Of a DNA stretch of 64,000 nt, positions 55,553-64,000 are shown piece by piece (positions within the stretch are counted from its first letter, which is position 1; each line of letters begins with the position of its first letter). The translations under genes were made by a program, and so were the position numbers. The stretch is from an uncultured bacterium (GTDB taxonomy: Bacteria; Zixibacteria; MSB-5A5; CAIYYT01). The notes beneath the pieces are model-generated. The model searched no databases. It was not told where the DNA came from and saw nothing but the letters and a program-made list of their open reading frames with translations. Where the stretch lies: the NCBI GenBank assembly GCA_963726455.1, contig CAVSCK010000005.1, forward strand, positions 96,001-160,000. Direction: 5' to 3'.

Positions 55553-57832
55553 CTACTTCATCAAAACCATCTTGCGCGTTTCCGCACGATCGCCCACGGT
55601 CAGACGGTAGAAGTACACACCCGACGGCGCGGTTTCACCGTTATCGTAGCTTCCGCGCCACTTGAAAGTGTACTTACCTGCCGCTAGTGGTTCATCCACG
55701 AGCGTAGAAACCTTCTCGCCCAGCAGATTAAAGACCACCAGCCGCACCGGTTTGTTAGCCATGCCGGCGCTTACCGCAAACTCGATTGTGGTCTCCGGAT
55801 TGAACGGGTTCGGGAAATTCTGGTTAAGCGTAAAGTCGCTCGGTAATGCCGGATGGCTCATACCCTTTACCGGAATCCCCGCCGCATTCGGATCGGACAG
55901 AACCGCAGTCGTAAGCTGTACATCTTTACCATCGGCTGAGATGTCACCAGAGCTTACCAGCGGCAGCTTTAGCATCGTACCGGAGCCCGGTAGAATATTC
56001 GTTTTGGATGACGCACGCGGGTAAAGCAGGACGATTAACTTGCCGTCGGCATAGTCTTTGTAACGCATATACAGCCCGGATGACAACTCAGTCGTCTGCG
56101 GCGCGGCAAAGTGTACCTTCTCGGGATTATAGTTGATCTCCAATTGCACACCGGCGATATTCGTTGGGAAGTCAACGTTTACGTCAATAGTGCTGCCGTT
56201 GACCAACGCTTCACCGTCACCCAACTGCACCACCGCTTCCTTGCCGTTCCATTGCGGAACATTCGGCGGAACACCTCCGAAAATCTGGTTGATGATCGAT
56301 ACCAGGTCGATCACGTCGACGCTGACGTTCTTGTCAAAATCGGCGGCGCTGAATTGCCGGCGCGTCAAAGTGTGATCCCCGATAATGTATCCGACCGTCA
56401 CGACCAAATCCGCGACGTCCACTCGGCGGTCACCATTGACGTCACCGAGCTCATCGACCACGAACACCCCCGTGGTATCAAATTTCAACTGCACAGAAGC
56501 CACCGAGGGATTCGGATTAACCGATTCCCAGGCATCTTCGAATAAAATCTTCGATTCGCCTACAGTTGCCATCGGGCGCACTGACGCCCAGAACTTGAAG
56601 ATTGTCGTTCCGGATACCGTTCCGGGCTGGACTTTCTGATTGTTCAACCCGAAGGCGACGACTTTCACATGGCCGGGTGAGTCGGCCAGGTTCTCGTATA
56701 CCGTGAAGTCGGTGAGACGTTCTGTCGGAACCAGAGAATCAAGCGAGAAGGCGCTGCTGTTGTAAACGAAGTCAAACTGCACACCATATACGTCGCCGAG
56801 GTTGTTCAGATTGATTGGTATTGGAATATCCAACAACCCGGGTATTCCTCCGGCAATCGCCCGGTAGTTGATCGATGACGGCGAGTACAGAATGTCTTCC
56901 GTTGGCGCCGGTGTGCCGACATTGATCGTCACCGATCGCGGCGGGTCAGCCCAGGCGCTGGAATCATCATGGCAGGTGAAAGTTATTGTGAAATTGCCCA
57001 CCTGCTGAATGTTGGGCCAGTTGAACGTCCCGGACGCTGCGCCGTTGCCGGTAACTTGTCCCCCACTGCCAAAGGTCGCACCCGATGGCAGTCCTCCTGC
57101 TATCAAAGTGATTTTCTGCGGTGAATCTGGATCGGTGGCAGTGACATTGAAATTGACCGTATTACCCAACTGGACATTGTAAGTCGTCTGTGATATCGGG
57201 CTTATTGTTGGTGGGCTGTTATGTCCCGGTACGACCGTGCCGATTGTGAGTGTGCCAGACACCAGCGTCGGCTCAACGTCTGGTTTGGTGCCGCTACTGT
57301 CGGTGTAGGTACATACTCGATAATCTTGATTGTTCGGGTCGAGAGGATTGTAGAGTCTGATTTGAGTCGTGGTCCCGTTGGGTAGACCGTCCTTGACCTT
57401 AACCCAGAACTCCATGATGTTTCCCCGGCCGCGCGGAATCGCCTGCTGCCAACCGATTCCATAGTAGACCGACGTAACCGAGTCGCTCGTTCGCATTTCC
57501 TGCGCATACTCGAACAGTGGCGGCATCATAACACCACGTTCGATCTGGTTGTACTGAATCTGAAATACATGCGCATTCGGATCCGTGGAATCTACTATTC
57601 CGGCGTATTTGACCACATTGGTATCGATGCGGAAGTAGACGAATATATTGGAGAGATCCATACTGTCGTTCACTACGAACAGCTTGATGGGAACCACAGA
57701 TCCTGCCGCCACCGTGACGTCCTGGACCTTAAAAGTGTCAATCGTCGACGTGCCCTGTGCCCAGGCCACCTGCGTCAGCACGCAGAAGGCCAGCACGACC
57801 GCCAGCAGCATCAATGACATTCGTTTAGACAT
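55553..57832 (-). CDS. Scaffoldin-like protein: cohesin-like + cadherin-like + cohesin + internal dockerin + cohesin-like + T9SS/FlgD-type CTD
   Basis: Signal peptide; IPINLNNLGDVYGVQFDFVYNS; GDVNGDRRVDVADLV...ADFDKNVSVDVIDLV; IAGVQLEINYNP; LNQNFPNPFNP...RKMVLMK. Confidence 0.85.
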   Translation of the reverse strand: MSKRMSLMLLAVVLAFCVLTQVAWAQGTSTIDTFKVQDVTVAAGSVVPIKLFVVNDSMDLSNIFVYFRIDTNVVKYAGIVDSTDPNAHVFQIQYNQIERGVMMPPLFEYAQEMRTSDSVTSVYYGIGWQQAIPRGRGNIMEFWVKVKDGLPNGTTTQIRLYNPLDPNNQDYRVCTYTDSSGTKPDVEPTLVSGTLTIGTVVPGHNSPPTISPISQTTYNVQLGNTVNFNVTATDPDSPQKITLIAGGLPSGATFGSGGQVTGNGAASGTFNWPNIQQVGNFTITFTCHDDSSAWADPPRSVTINVGTPAPTEDILYSPSSINYRAIAGGIPGLLDIPIPINLNNLGDVYGVQFDFVYNSSAFSLDSLVPTERLTDFTVYENLADSPGHVKVVAFGLNNQKVQPGTVSGTTIFKFWASVRPMATVGESKILFEDAWESVNPNPSVASVQLKFDTTGVFVVDELGDVNGDRRVDVADLVVTVGYIIGDHTLTRRQFSAADFDKNVSVDVIDLVSIINQIFGGVPPNVPQWNGKEAVVQLGDGEALVNGSTIDVNVDFPTNIAGVQLEINYNPEKVHFAAPQTTELSSGLYMRYKDYADGKLIVLLYPRASSKTNILPGSGTMLKLPLVSSGDISADGKDVQLTTAVLSDPNAAGIPVKGMSHPALPSDFTLNQNFPNPFNPETTIEFAVSAGMANKPVRLVVFNLLGEKVSTLVDEPLAAGKYTFKWRGSYDNGETAPSGVYFYRLTVGDRAETRKMVLMK

Positions 57833-57956
57833 TTTGGTACCTCTTAAATAAACAAATATTCACATGCATGAAGACACATGCTCCGAAGAGCCGTGTACTT
57901 GTCGTCTGATTCATTGATCGCGTTCTGCGTGCGCGTTATCATTCTTTTCGCGATCC

Positions 57957-60383
57957 TCACTTCAAAAGCACCATCTTCTTCGTTGAACTAAAATCGTCGC
58001 TTTGCATCCGGTAGAAATAGACTCCCGATGACAACGGCTCACCCGAATCGTTCTTCCCGTCAAATGTCACCCGGTGCCGTCCGGCAGCCATGTAGCCAGA
58101 GGATAACTTCCGCACCTGTTCTCCCAACACATTGTAAATCGAGATTGCCACCTCACCGGCGTGTGGCAGTTCAAACGCGATTACCGTCTCCGGGTTGAAT
58201 GGATTCGGATAATTCTGCTGCAATTCGTATTGTTGCGGCAGCATCCCACCGTCCTTGGAATTCGTCAGTTTGACCTCGCGTCCCTGCACGTCTACCAACT
58301 CTTGTCTCACCAACTCGATATTGTCCGCACCCAACAGTCGGAACAGCTCCTGTCCATTCGCCGTAAATCCTCTTCCTTGGGAACCAATCACCAGCACGCG
58401 CATCAGCGAATCCGTCTGGCTTGATTTGAAGTCCACACCGCTGAGTTGGCCTGCGGGGACGCAAGTCACGGACTTGCCATCAGCAATTCTGAACAGATAC
58501 AGCGCCGCCGCGATGTCACCGTTCGTATTCAGCGAGTAGACATAATCGCCCGCGTCTCTACCGAACGAATACTGGCAGTCAACCTGCGCAACATCGGCGG
58601 CAACTTTCCCAAAATCGCCTCGGATAATGCGCAGCATCAGCACCAGATCGCCCAGCGTAGCCGGATTTCCGTCCTGATTGACATCGCTGTTCGCCCAGCG
58701 CTCACCGGTCAGAGGATATCCGCTCGGATTGATGAAGTAATTGGTGTAGTACACCATATCGCCGATATCCATCGGCACGCCGTTAAGATTGATATCGCCG
58801 ACCAGTGCGTCGTACTTCTTGATCAACACGCTTCCGGAAATCAGGCTGACCTCTGCGCGCGGCAGGATCGTGCCATCCAATTCGTAAATGATGTTATCCG
58901 TGTTGGACAGCGAATCGATGATCTTGAATTCCAGCCGCGAAAATTGCCCCGCCAAATCCAGATTCGTGCAGGTCGCAAACTTCAGATGTACGACCGGGCC
59001 GTCACCCTGTGTCAGCGGCCCACCGCCCGGAACTCCGGTAACCGAATGCGCATCGATAAATATCTTGCCGTCAGTCGAGACACTCGTCGTAAACGGGTGC
59101 CAGAGTTTAGTGCGTAACGTGTCGCGCGTTGCTGATATCAGCCTCAACAGGGTAGGATCGAACTGAATTGTCAGACTGAATCCGGCGACGCCGATTCGAT
59201 TGCGCAGATTAACCGGCACATCCAGCAGTTCATTGTTAAATGCCTGCGCATTCGGCAGCGACAGCTCCGCCGGCAAAGTCGGCAGCAACTGCAGATCAAC
59301 CTGTCTATGTACCCTGCCGCCTGATTCATCAGTCGCATAGATGTCCCAGGCGTAGGAACCTGAATCAGCGATATCGCTGCCCCATATAATGTAGCCCGGA
59401 TTGCTCGAATGTATTTCTGCTCCCGGAGGGAGATTCGAAGCGCCGAAAGTTATCTGTTCGAAATCGGGATCATTCGCTACCAGCGGCACAAATACTGAAT
59501 CACCCGAATATGCCGTTACCGCGCCGCTAACGCTGATCTGCGGCAGGCGGTTGACATTGATCACTTCGATCGGTACATCCATCTGCACCGCGAGACTTCC
59601 ATCGGTCGCAAGGAATGTCGCCGCATAAGGAGAACCCAGGGCCGATCCCGGACCGACAAATGGAACAGTCCAACTGAAGGTGCCACTGCCGTTGCCGTTG
59701 TCCTTGAACTTGGCGCCGATCGGCAATCTGCTCCCGTAGAGATGCACCGCCGCGCGTTCCGGATCAGTTGCTCTGACATCAAAGGCCAGCGTCTGGCCCT
59801 CATTGACAAGTTTGCGTGCGATCGGATCAAACTCCGGCGCCTGATTCTGTGTGCCGACCAACAAAGTGCCCTTGTTGAAAGCGGGCGATATGGAAGTCGA
59901 CTGGGACGAACTCAGGAGAAACGTTCCGGCCGGAGGAATAAATGCGCTATCGATAATTCCATTCTGGCCGACTTGCGCCGTCGCGGCCGTGTGGAAGAAT
60001 ATTTCCGCAATTACACCGTTGCCCGCTGCCAGCGGCGCACCCTGCATCGCCAAACCACCGAGCAACACACTCGCTCCTGGAGTGTTCTGCGTCACGCGCA
60101 GCATCGACCACTGGCTGATGCGCGAATGCGTGAAGCTTACCGAATCATAAACTGCAATTGCCGACGGATACTTCAGCGGTATCGTGATGCCGGCAATCTG
60201 CTCGTCATTCCAAAGTGATATCTTTACCGAAAATGCGTTGCCCGTGCTGATGGTTCTGCTCTCGACGGTGACGGTGTCTGGGACCCCGTAGGGGTCAGTC
60301 TGGCACCACACCGGAGAAGGCGCAAAAACCCTAATCAGGACTAGAATAATCAGATATGCAAGGAAGCGTTGAAGATGATTCAT
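57957..60383 (-). CDS. Scaffoldin-like protein: cohesin-like + 2 cadherin-like + cohesin + internal dockerin + T9SS/FlgD-type CTD
   Basis: Signal peptide; VKISLWNDEQIAGITIPLKY; VPVNLRNRIGVAGFSLTIQFDP; GDINLNG...SDVNQDGNPATLGDLV; LQQNYPNPFNP...KKMVLLK. Confidence 0.85.
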   Translation of the reverse strand: MNHLQRFLAYLIILVLIRVFAPSPVWCQTDPYGVPDTVTVESRTISTGNAFSVKISLWNDEQIAGITIPLKYPSAIAVYDSVSFTHSRISQWSMLRVTQNTPGASVLLGGLAMQGAPLAAGNGVIAEIFFHTAATAQVGQNGIIDSAFIPPAGTFLLSSSQSTSISPAFNKGTLLVGTQNQAPEFDPIARKLVNEGQTLAFDVRATDPERAAVHLYGSRLPIGAKFKDNGNGSGTFSWTVPFVGPGSALGSPYAATFLATDGSLAVQMDVPIEVINVNRLPQISVSGAVTAYSGDSVFVPLVANDPDFEQITFGASNLPPGAEIHSSNPGYIIWGSDIADSGSYAWDIYATDESGGRVHRQVDLQLLPTLPAELSLPNAQAFNNELLDVPVNLRNRIGVAGFSLTIQFDPTLLRLISATRDTLRTKLWHPFTTSVSTDGKIFIDAHSVTGVPGGGPLTQGDGPVVHLKFATCTNLDLAGQFSRLEFKIIDSLSNTDNIIYELDGTILPRAEVSLISGSVLIKKYDALVGDINLNGVPMDIGDMVYYTNYFINPSGYPLTGERWANSDVNQDGNPATLGDLVLMLRIIRGDFGKVAADVAQVDCQYSFGRDAGDYVYSLNTNGDIAAALYLFRIADGKSVTCVPAGQLSGVDFKSSQTDSLMRVLVIGSQGRGFTANGQELFRLLGADNIELVRQELVDVQGREVKLTNSKDGGMLPQQYELQQNYPNPFNPETVIAFELPHAGEVAISIYNVLGEQVRKLSSGYMAAGRHRVTFDGKNDSGEPLSSGVYFYRMQSDDFSSTKKMVLLK

Positions 60384-60853
60384 TCTGTCCTGTCCCAATC
60401 CGGGCATAATAGTTCCTGTCATCTGCTATGCTCTTTGAGCAACATATATGCCAAGGCCGTTCTTTCAGGTCTCAGAACGCCCGAACTGTCGGGATTCTGG
60501 ACTAGCTCCTGGTCCATCAGGCAACATTGTGAAATCAAGTAACTTAATCCGTATAGTCGCCTTGTGGCGTACGCTGAAGTACAACGGGCAAGTAAGTGAC
60601 CCAGTGATCTTGACGCGTCGCGTTGCGCAACGTTCAATAATTGTGTGCAAGAATTTGCATTCATTCCTAACAGCTCACTACATCCCGGTCTAAACATAAA
60701 AAACGCCTGGCTGACGTACTTCTTGTATGGGTGCGTCATCACGCCAAGCTTGATGTATTAACCTCTCTCATATGCCGTTAGAAATGTCAGTCGCTAATCA
60801 CCTCGCTTTCCGCTGCGGCTGTCGCAATAGCCGCTTGTCGTTAACAGTTTAGA

Positions 60854-60879
60854 TATGGGGAGATTTTACTCTCCCCATA
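60854..60879 (-). terminator. Stem-loop after the 60903 gene (terminator or stabiliser)
   Basis: tatggggaga-ttttac-tctccccata; weak U-tract. Confidence 0.55.
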
Positions 60880-60902
60880 CCCGGTAAAAGATACCTGAGA
60901 AA

Positions 60903-63623
60903 TTACTTCATCAGCACCATTTTCTTGGTGTCGGTGTATGAGCCAGCGTTCAACTTGTAGAAGTAAACACCGCTCGGGACCATCGAAGCATCCCATTCAA
61001 CGGAAACATTGCCAACGCCATTGCCGTTGAAGCTCTTCACGAGCTGGCCGGCGACGTTGTAAATGTTAAGGGTCCAGTCGGACTGGGTCGGAAGCGACAG
61101 ACCAATCTTCGTGGTGGGGTTGAAGGGGTTCGGAACGTTCTGCGACAACGCAAACGAAGTCGGAAGAGCGGTCTTGTTGACGCGGGTGTTCAGCATGTTA
61201 CCGTTATAGTCGGCAACTTCGACGCCCTTAAGCTCAACATTACCACTAACCGTGAACAGATCGTTCGAGCCAGCGGCCAAACGATTGGTCATGTTTTCCG
61301 TGCCGGAATAAACGAGAACCTTAAGTTCGCCGTTGTTCTCAGCATAGTCAACCTTCATGTTCGTGTTGCTTACAACGTTGTAAGAACCGTTGACTGCGAA
61401 AGTCGCATAAACAGCGCCAAGTTCGCTACCGGCTTCGGTCGAAACCGCGCCATTAGCAAAATTGACCGTCGCCGAAGTAGCAAACGGAGCCAGCTTCGGA
61501 TACGGAAGAGCATCACCAACGATAATGCGCAGCAAGTATACAAGATCACCAACCGTCAACGGACGACCGTCGTTGTTCACGTCGGAAGCCGCGATTGAGG
61601 CCTGGCGAGCAAGCACCGGCGGAGTGACTGAATAGTCGTCAGCCGGAAGAGCAGAGGCGCCATACAGGAAGTAGTTCGTGTACAGAACCGCGTCTGCGAT
61701 TTCGTTCATGATACCGTTCAGGTTGATGTCGCCGCGGGCGTCAATGTCGCCGGCGCAAACGATGTCAACACCACCGTTCCAGAAATAGATGAACTCAAGC
61801 GGGAAAACCTTCATGCCAACAAGACATGCCTGATCGCAATAGCCACCGAAATGGACGGCACTGCCGCAATCGCTGCCGGTAATGTTGTAGTTAGGATCGC
61901 CAAGCTCACCAGTCCAGAGGTAATCTCTCACTTCTTTCGAAATGAATAACGTGTCACCAGTCTGGGACGAAATGCCGTTATCACCGCAATCCATCCAAGC
62001 AAACCGGATATCAACCTTCTGGCATTCAAACGTACGATCGTTAGTCACATAGAACTTCAGGCTGACCAGTTCGCCACCATCCGGAATCTTGTAGCAAGAC
62101 GGATGAGCAGCGCCGTTGTTCTGGTCGGCAATCGCGACTACGCGCAGGAAACCACTCGGGCACGGGCCACCGCAGTTACCCTGGGCGCCGAAACGATAGG
62201 TGAAGTATTCCCAACCGCAGGCCTTGGCGGCAGCGCCAAGCTCGGCTGAGTAGAAAGTAAGACCGGAAGCGTCATAGGCAACGAGGAAGTCAAAACCGCC
62301 CATGCGTTCGGAACCTTTAACCTTCGTGATCGAAACCCACTCATACTGGCCCTGAAGCGAGTTGTGAGTCTTTTCAATCTGAACGATAAAGGGCTGTACT
62401 TCCATAACAAATACGCTGAACGTGCAGGAAACCGTAGCACCACAAGGATCATGAGCAGTAGCGGTAAACTCGAAGGTCTTGTTGCCATCATCCGGAGCGG
62501 TGGTGACAAACGAGAACTTGCCAAGGCCACTAATGCCAAAGCTGCTGGTTCCAGCCGGAGCCGGACCAGCGGACTGCACAACACTCCAAGTCAGGTTGTC
62601 GCACGGATCAGGATCCGTAGCGTTCAACGTGTAATCAAACGTGTTGCCCATACCAACTTGCTGCAACGTAGTCGGGCAGTTGGCGATTACTGGATTGTTG
62701 TTGGTCCAGGTAATCGTGAACGGGAAGGCCTGAGTACCACCGCAACCATTGGTAGCAGTGACGACAACATCAGTCGTGCCGCACTGAGCGGAAGCCGGAA
62801 CTGACAACTCACCGGAGGTAGCATTCATCGTACCAGCGGAAGCCGTGAAAGTCACCGGATTGGCCGCCGGAGTGTTGCCACCCTCGGTCGCCGCAAACGT
62901 AAACGTATAGGCCGAGCAATGATTCTTGCTCACGGCCGGACCCGGAGTCGACGTGAATACTGGCGGAACGCAAGGGATCTTGCCCAAGCAGAACACCACA
63001 TCCGGGGCATCCGGAACCTGCGGAGAAGTATTGGCACCACCGTTGAAAGTCGGGGCATAGGCATTGCCGCTGCCTTCGTCGAATTTCCACGGACCTGCCG
63101 GCGGGAAGAAGATGTTATTGACCGTGAAAGTACCGGTCGAAGTGCCTACCGGCGGGCAAGCGTCCAATGACGGATCGGCCGGCATAATCAGCACCAACGA
63201 CCAGCAAAGGGTCGAAGTGGCATGAGCCGGAAGCGGAACGTCCTGAGCCGCGCCACCGATCATCCAAGAACCGGGAAGTGCAGAAGCCGTAAACTTCAAA
63301 CCACCTACGTCGAAAGCACCAAGTGCATCGCCGTATTCTTGGACATATTTGGCACCGGAGTTCGGCTTGTTGCCGAACGGGGTCTTCCAAGTGAAGGCCA
63401 GGGCCGGCGAAGCCGTGAACTGGAAGCCGAGCGTCGTACCCAGAATCGGGCCCGTATTGGTGACCCAGAGTTCAAATGGGTTCTCTTGTCCGACATAAAC
63501 CTTATTTTGAAGGCTGAGCGGGTACTGCATATTGAATTTGACAGTAACGTCGCCGGACGCGAAAACGCTCGCTGACAGAAGAAGCATAAACGAAATAAAC
63601 AGAACTAAACAATTGCGTTTCAT
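60903..63623 (-). CDS. Scaffoldin/surface-layer-like protein: cohesin-like + 2 Ig-like + cohesin + internal dockerin + T9SS-type CTD
   Basis: Start MKRNCL with AAGGAG; signal peptide; MGGFDFLVAYDAS; RGDINLNG...ASDVNNDGRPLTVGDLV; LSQNVPNPFNP...KKMVLMK; strongly biased codon usage by eye. Confidence 0.85.
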   Translation of the reverse strand: MKRNCLVLFISFMLLLSASVFASGDVTVKFNMQYPLSLQNKVYVGQENPFELWVTNTGPILGTTLGFQFTASPALAFTWKTPFGNKPNSGAKYVQEYGDALGAFDVGGLKFTASALPGSWMIGGAAQDVPLPAHATSTLCWSLVLIMPADPSLDACPPVGTSTGTFTVNNIFFPPAGPWKFDEGSGNAYAPTFNGGANTSPQVPDAPDVVFCLGKIPCVPPVFTSTPGPAVSKNHCSAYTFTFAATEGGNTPAANPVTFTASAGTMNATSGELSVPASAQCGTTDVVVTATNGCGGTQAFPFTITWTNNNPVIANCPTTLQQVGMGNTFDYTLNATDPDPCDNLTWSVVQSAGPAPAGTSSFGISGLGKFSFVTTAPDDGNKTFEFTATAHDPCGATVSCTFSVFVMEVQPFIVQIEKTHNSLQGQYEWVSITKVKGSERMGGFDFLVAYDASGLTFYSAELGAAAKACGWEYFTYRFGAQGNCGGPCPSGFLRVVAIADQNNGAAHPSCYKIPDGGELVSLKFYVTNDRTFECQKVDIRFAWMDCGDNGISSQTGDTLFISKEVRDYLWTGELGDPNYNITGSDCGSAVHFGGYCDQACLVGMKVFPLEFIYFWNGGVDIVCAGDIDARGDINLNGIMNEIADAVLYTNYFLYGASALPADDYSVTPPVLARQASIAASDVNNDGRPLTVGDLVYLLRIIVGDALPYPKLAPFATSATVNFANGAVSTEAGSELGAVYATFAVNGSYNVVSNTNMKVDYAENNGELKVLVYSGTENMTNRLAAGSNDLFTVSGNVELKGVEVADYNGNMLNTRVNKTALPTSFALSQNVPNPFNPTTKIGLSLPTQSDWTLNIYNVAGQLVKSFNGNGVGNVSVEWDASMVPSGVYFYKLNAGSYTDTKKMVLMK

Positions 63624-63925
63624 TTGTAGCTCCTTAAAAGGTTGCTGAAACGAATTCAGGTTCAAGGTTAACACTCACCTTGTCCTTATGTTGTAGCCCC
63701 TGTGCCGCAAAAGACCATCGCCCGAAGCGACTTCTTTTCGGCGGGTGAGATTCACAGAGGTTGCACGCAATGGCAAACTCTGACTCGTCTCAGATGGTGG
63801 TTGAACGTTTAAGCCTCTTCTTCTCCTAAGATCCTTCTCACCTCCTTTCACTTTTTTTCTCTCCTTATTCTCATTCAATTTCATCTGTCTATACTCTATT
63901 CGGTTTTCATGTCTCGCCAAAAACG

Positions 63926-64000
63926 CTAGCCGGCGCAGTGTGGCGACGCGCCGCCCGCGAATATGTACAGAATCAAAAACACTGCATCGGAAATGTCGAT
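63926..64000 (-). CDS. 3' end of another dockerin-terminated protein (partial)
   Basis: Manual translation: IDISDAVFLILYIFAGGASPHCAG*. Confidence 0.9.
   Translation of the reverse strand: MDISDAVFLILYIFAGGASPHCAG

Noticed and set aside
60419-60742. 107-aa ORF, plus the 81-aa ORF at 63675..63920 and the 80-aa ORF at 9604..9846
   Set aside because: No recognisable domains or convincing RBS; they overlap probable leader or regulatory DNA.
14999-63623. True cellulose-degrading cellulosome
   Set aside because: No GH5, GH9 or GH48 and no CBM3 recognised; the only GH-like gene lacks a signal peptide, a dockerin and apparently its catalytic residues.
1-64000. tRNA/rRNA genes, IS elements, prophage
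   Set aside because: None recognised; no transposase, integrase or terminal inverted-repeat pairs seen.

Overview
This is a moderately GC-rich bacterial window that is almost entirely coded on the minus strand. The dockerin style ([22 protein letters not shown]) and the PNPFNP...KMxLxK C-terminal domains suggest an FCB-superphylum organism such as Zixibacteria (inference, no database search). Region 1-11.5 kb holds a cytoplasmic group 3b [NiFe]-hydrogenase operon (beta, cNMP-binding protein, gamma, delta, alpha, maturation protease, hypF, hypC, hypD, hypE) with a Rex-like operator, plus a membrane-anchored 7-heme cytochrome c. Region 11.7-64 kb is dominated by a cellulosome-like cohesin-dockerin system. 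Ten secreted proteins end in a near-identical dockerin: three S8 proteases, an M6 metalloprotease, an SGNH-like hydrolase, two paralogues of an uncharacterised domain, an orphan 1082-aa protein, a ~4,660-aa LamG + 46 cadherin-like-repeat giant, and one partial gene. Four proteins instead carry cohesin-like domains and a T9SS/FlgD-type C-terminal domain, and are candidate scaffoldins or anchors. The recognisable cargo enzymes are peptidases or hydrolases, not cellulases. Interspersed are rpmG, an MFS transporter, a ChrB-domain protein, a sigma70 factor, a degP/htrA gene and a GH35-like protein that lacks its catalytic glutamates. Several 1-nt frameshifts (degP, the giant gene) look like assembly errors. 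All domain calls come from motif recognition by eye.
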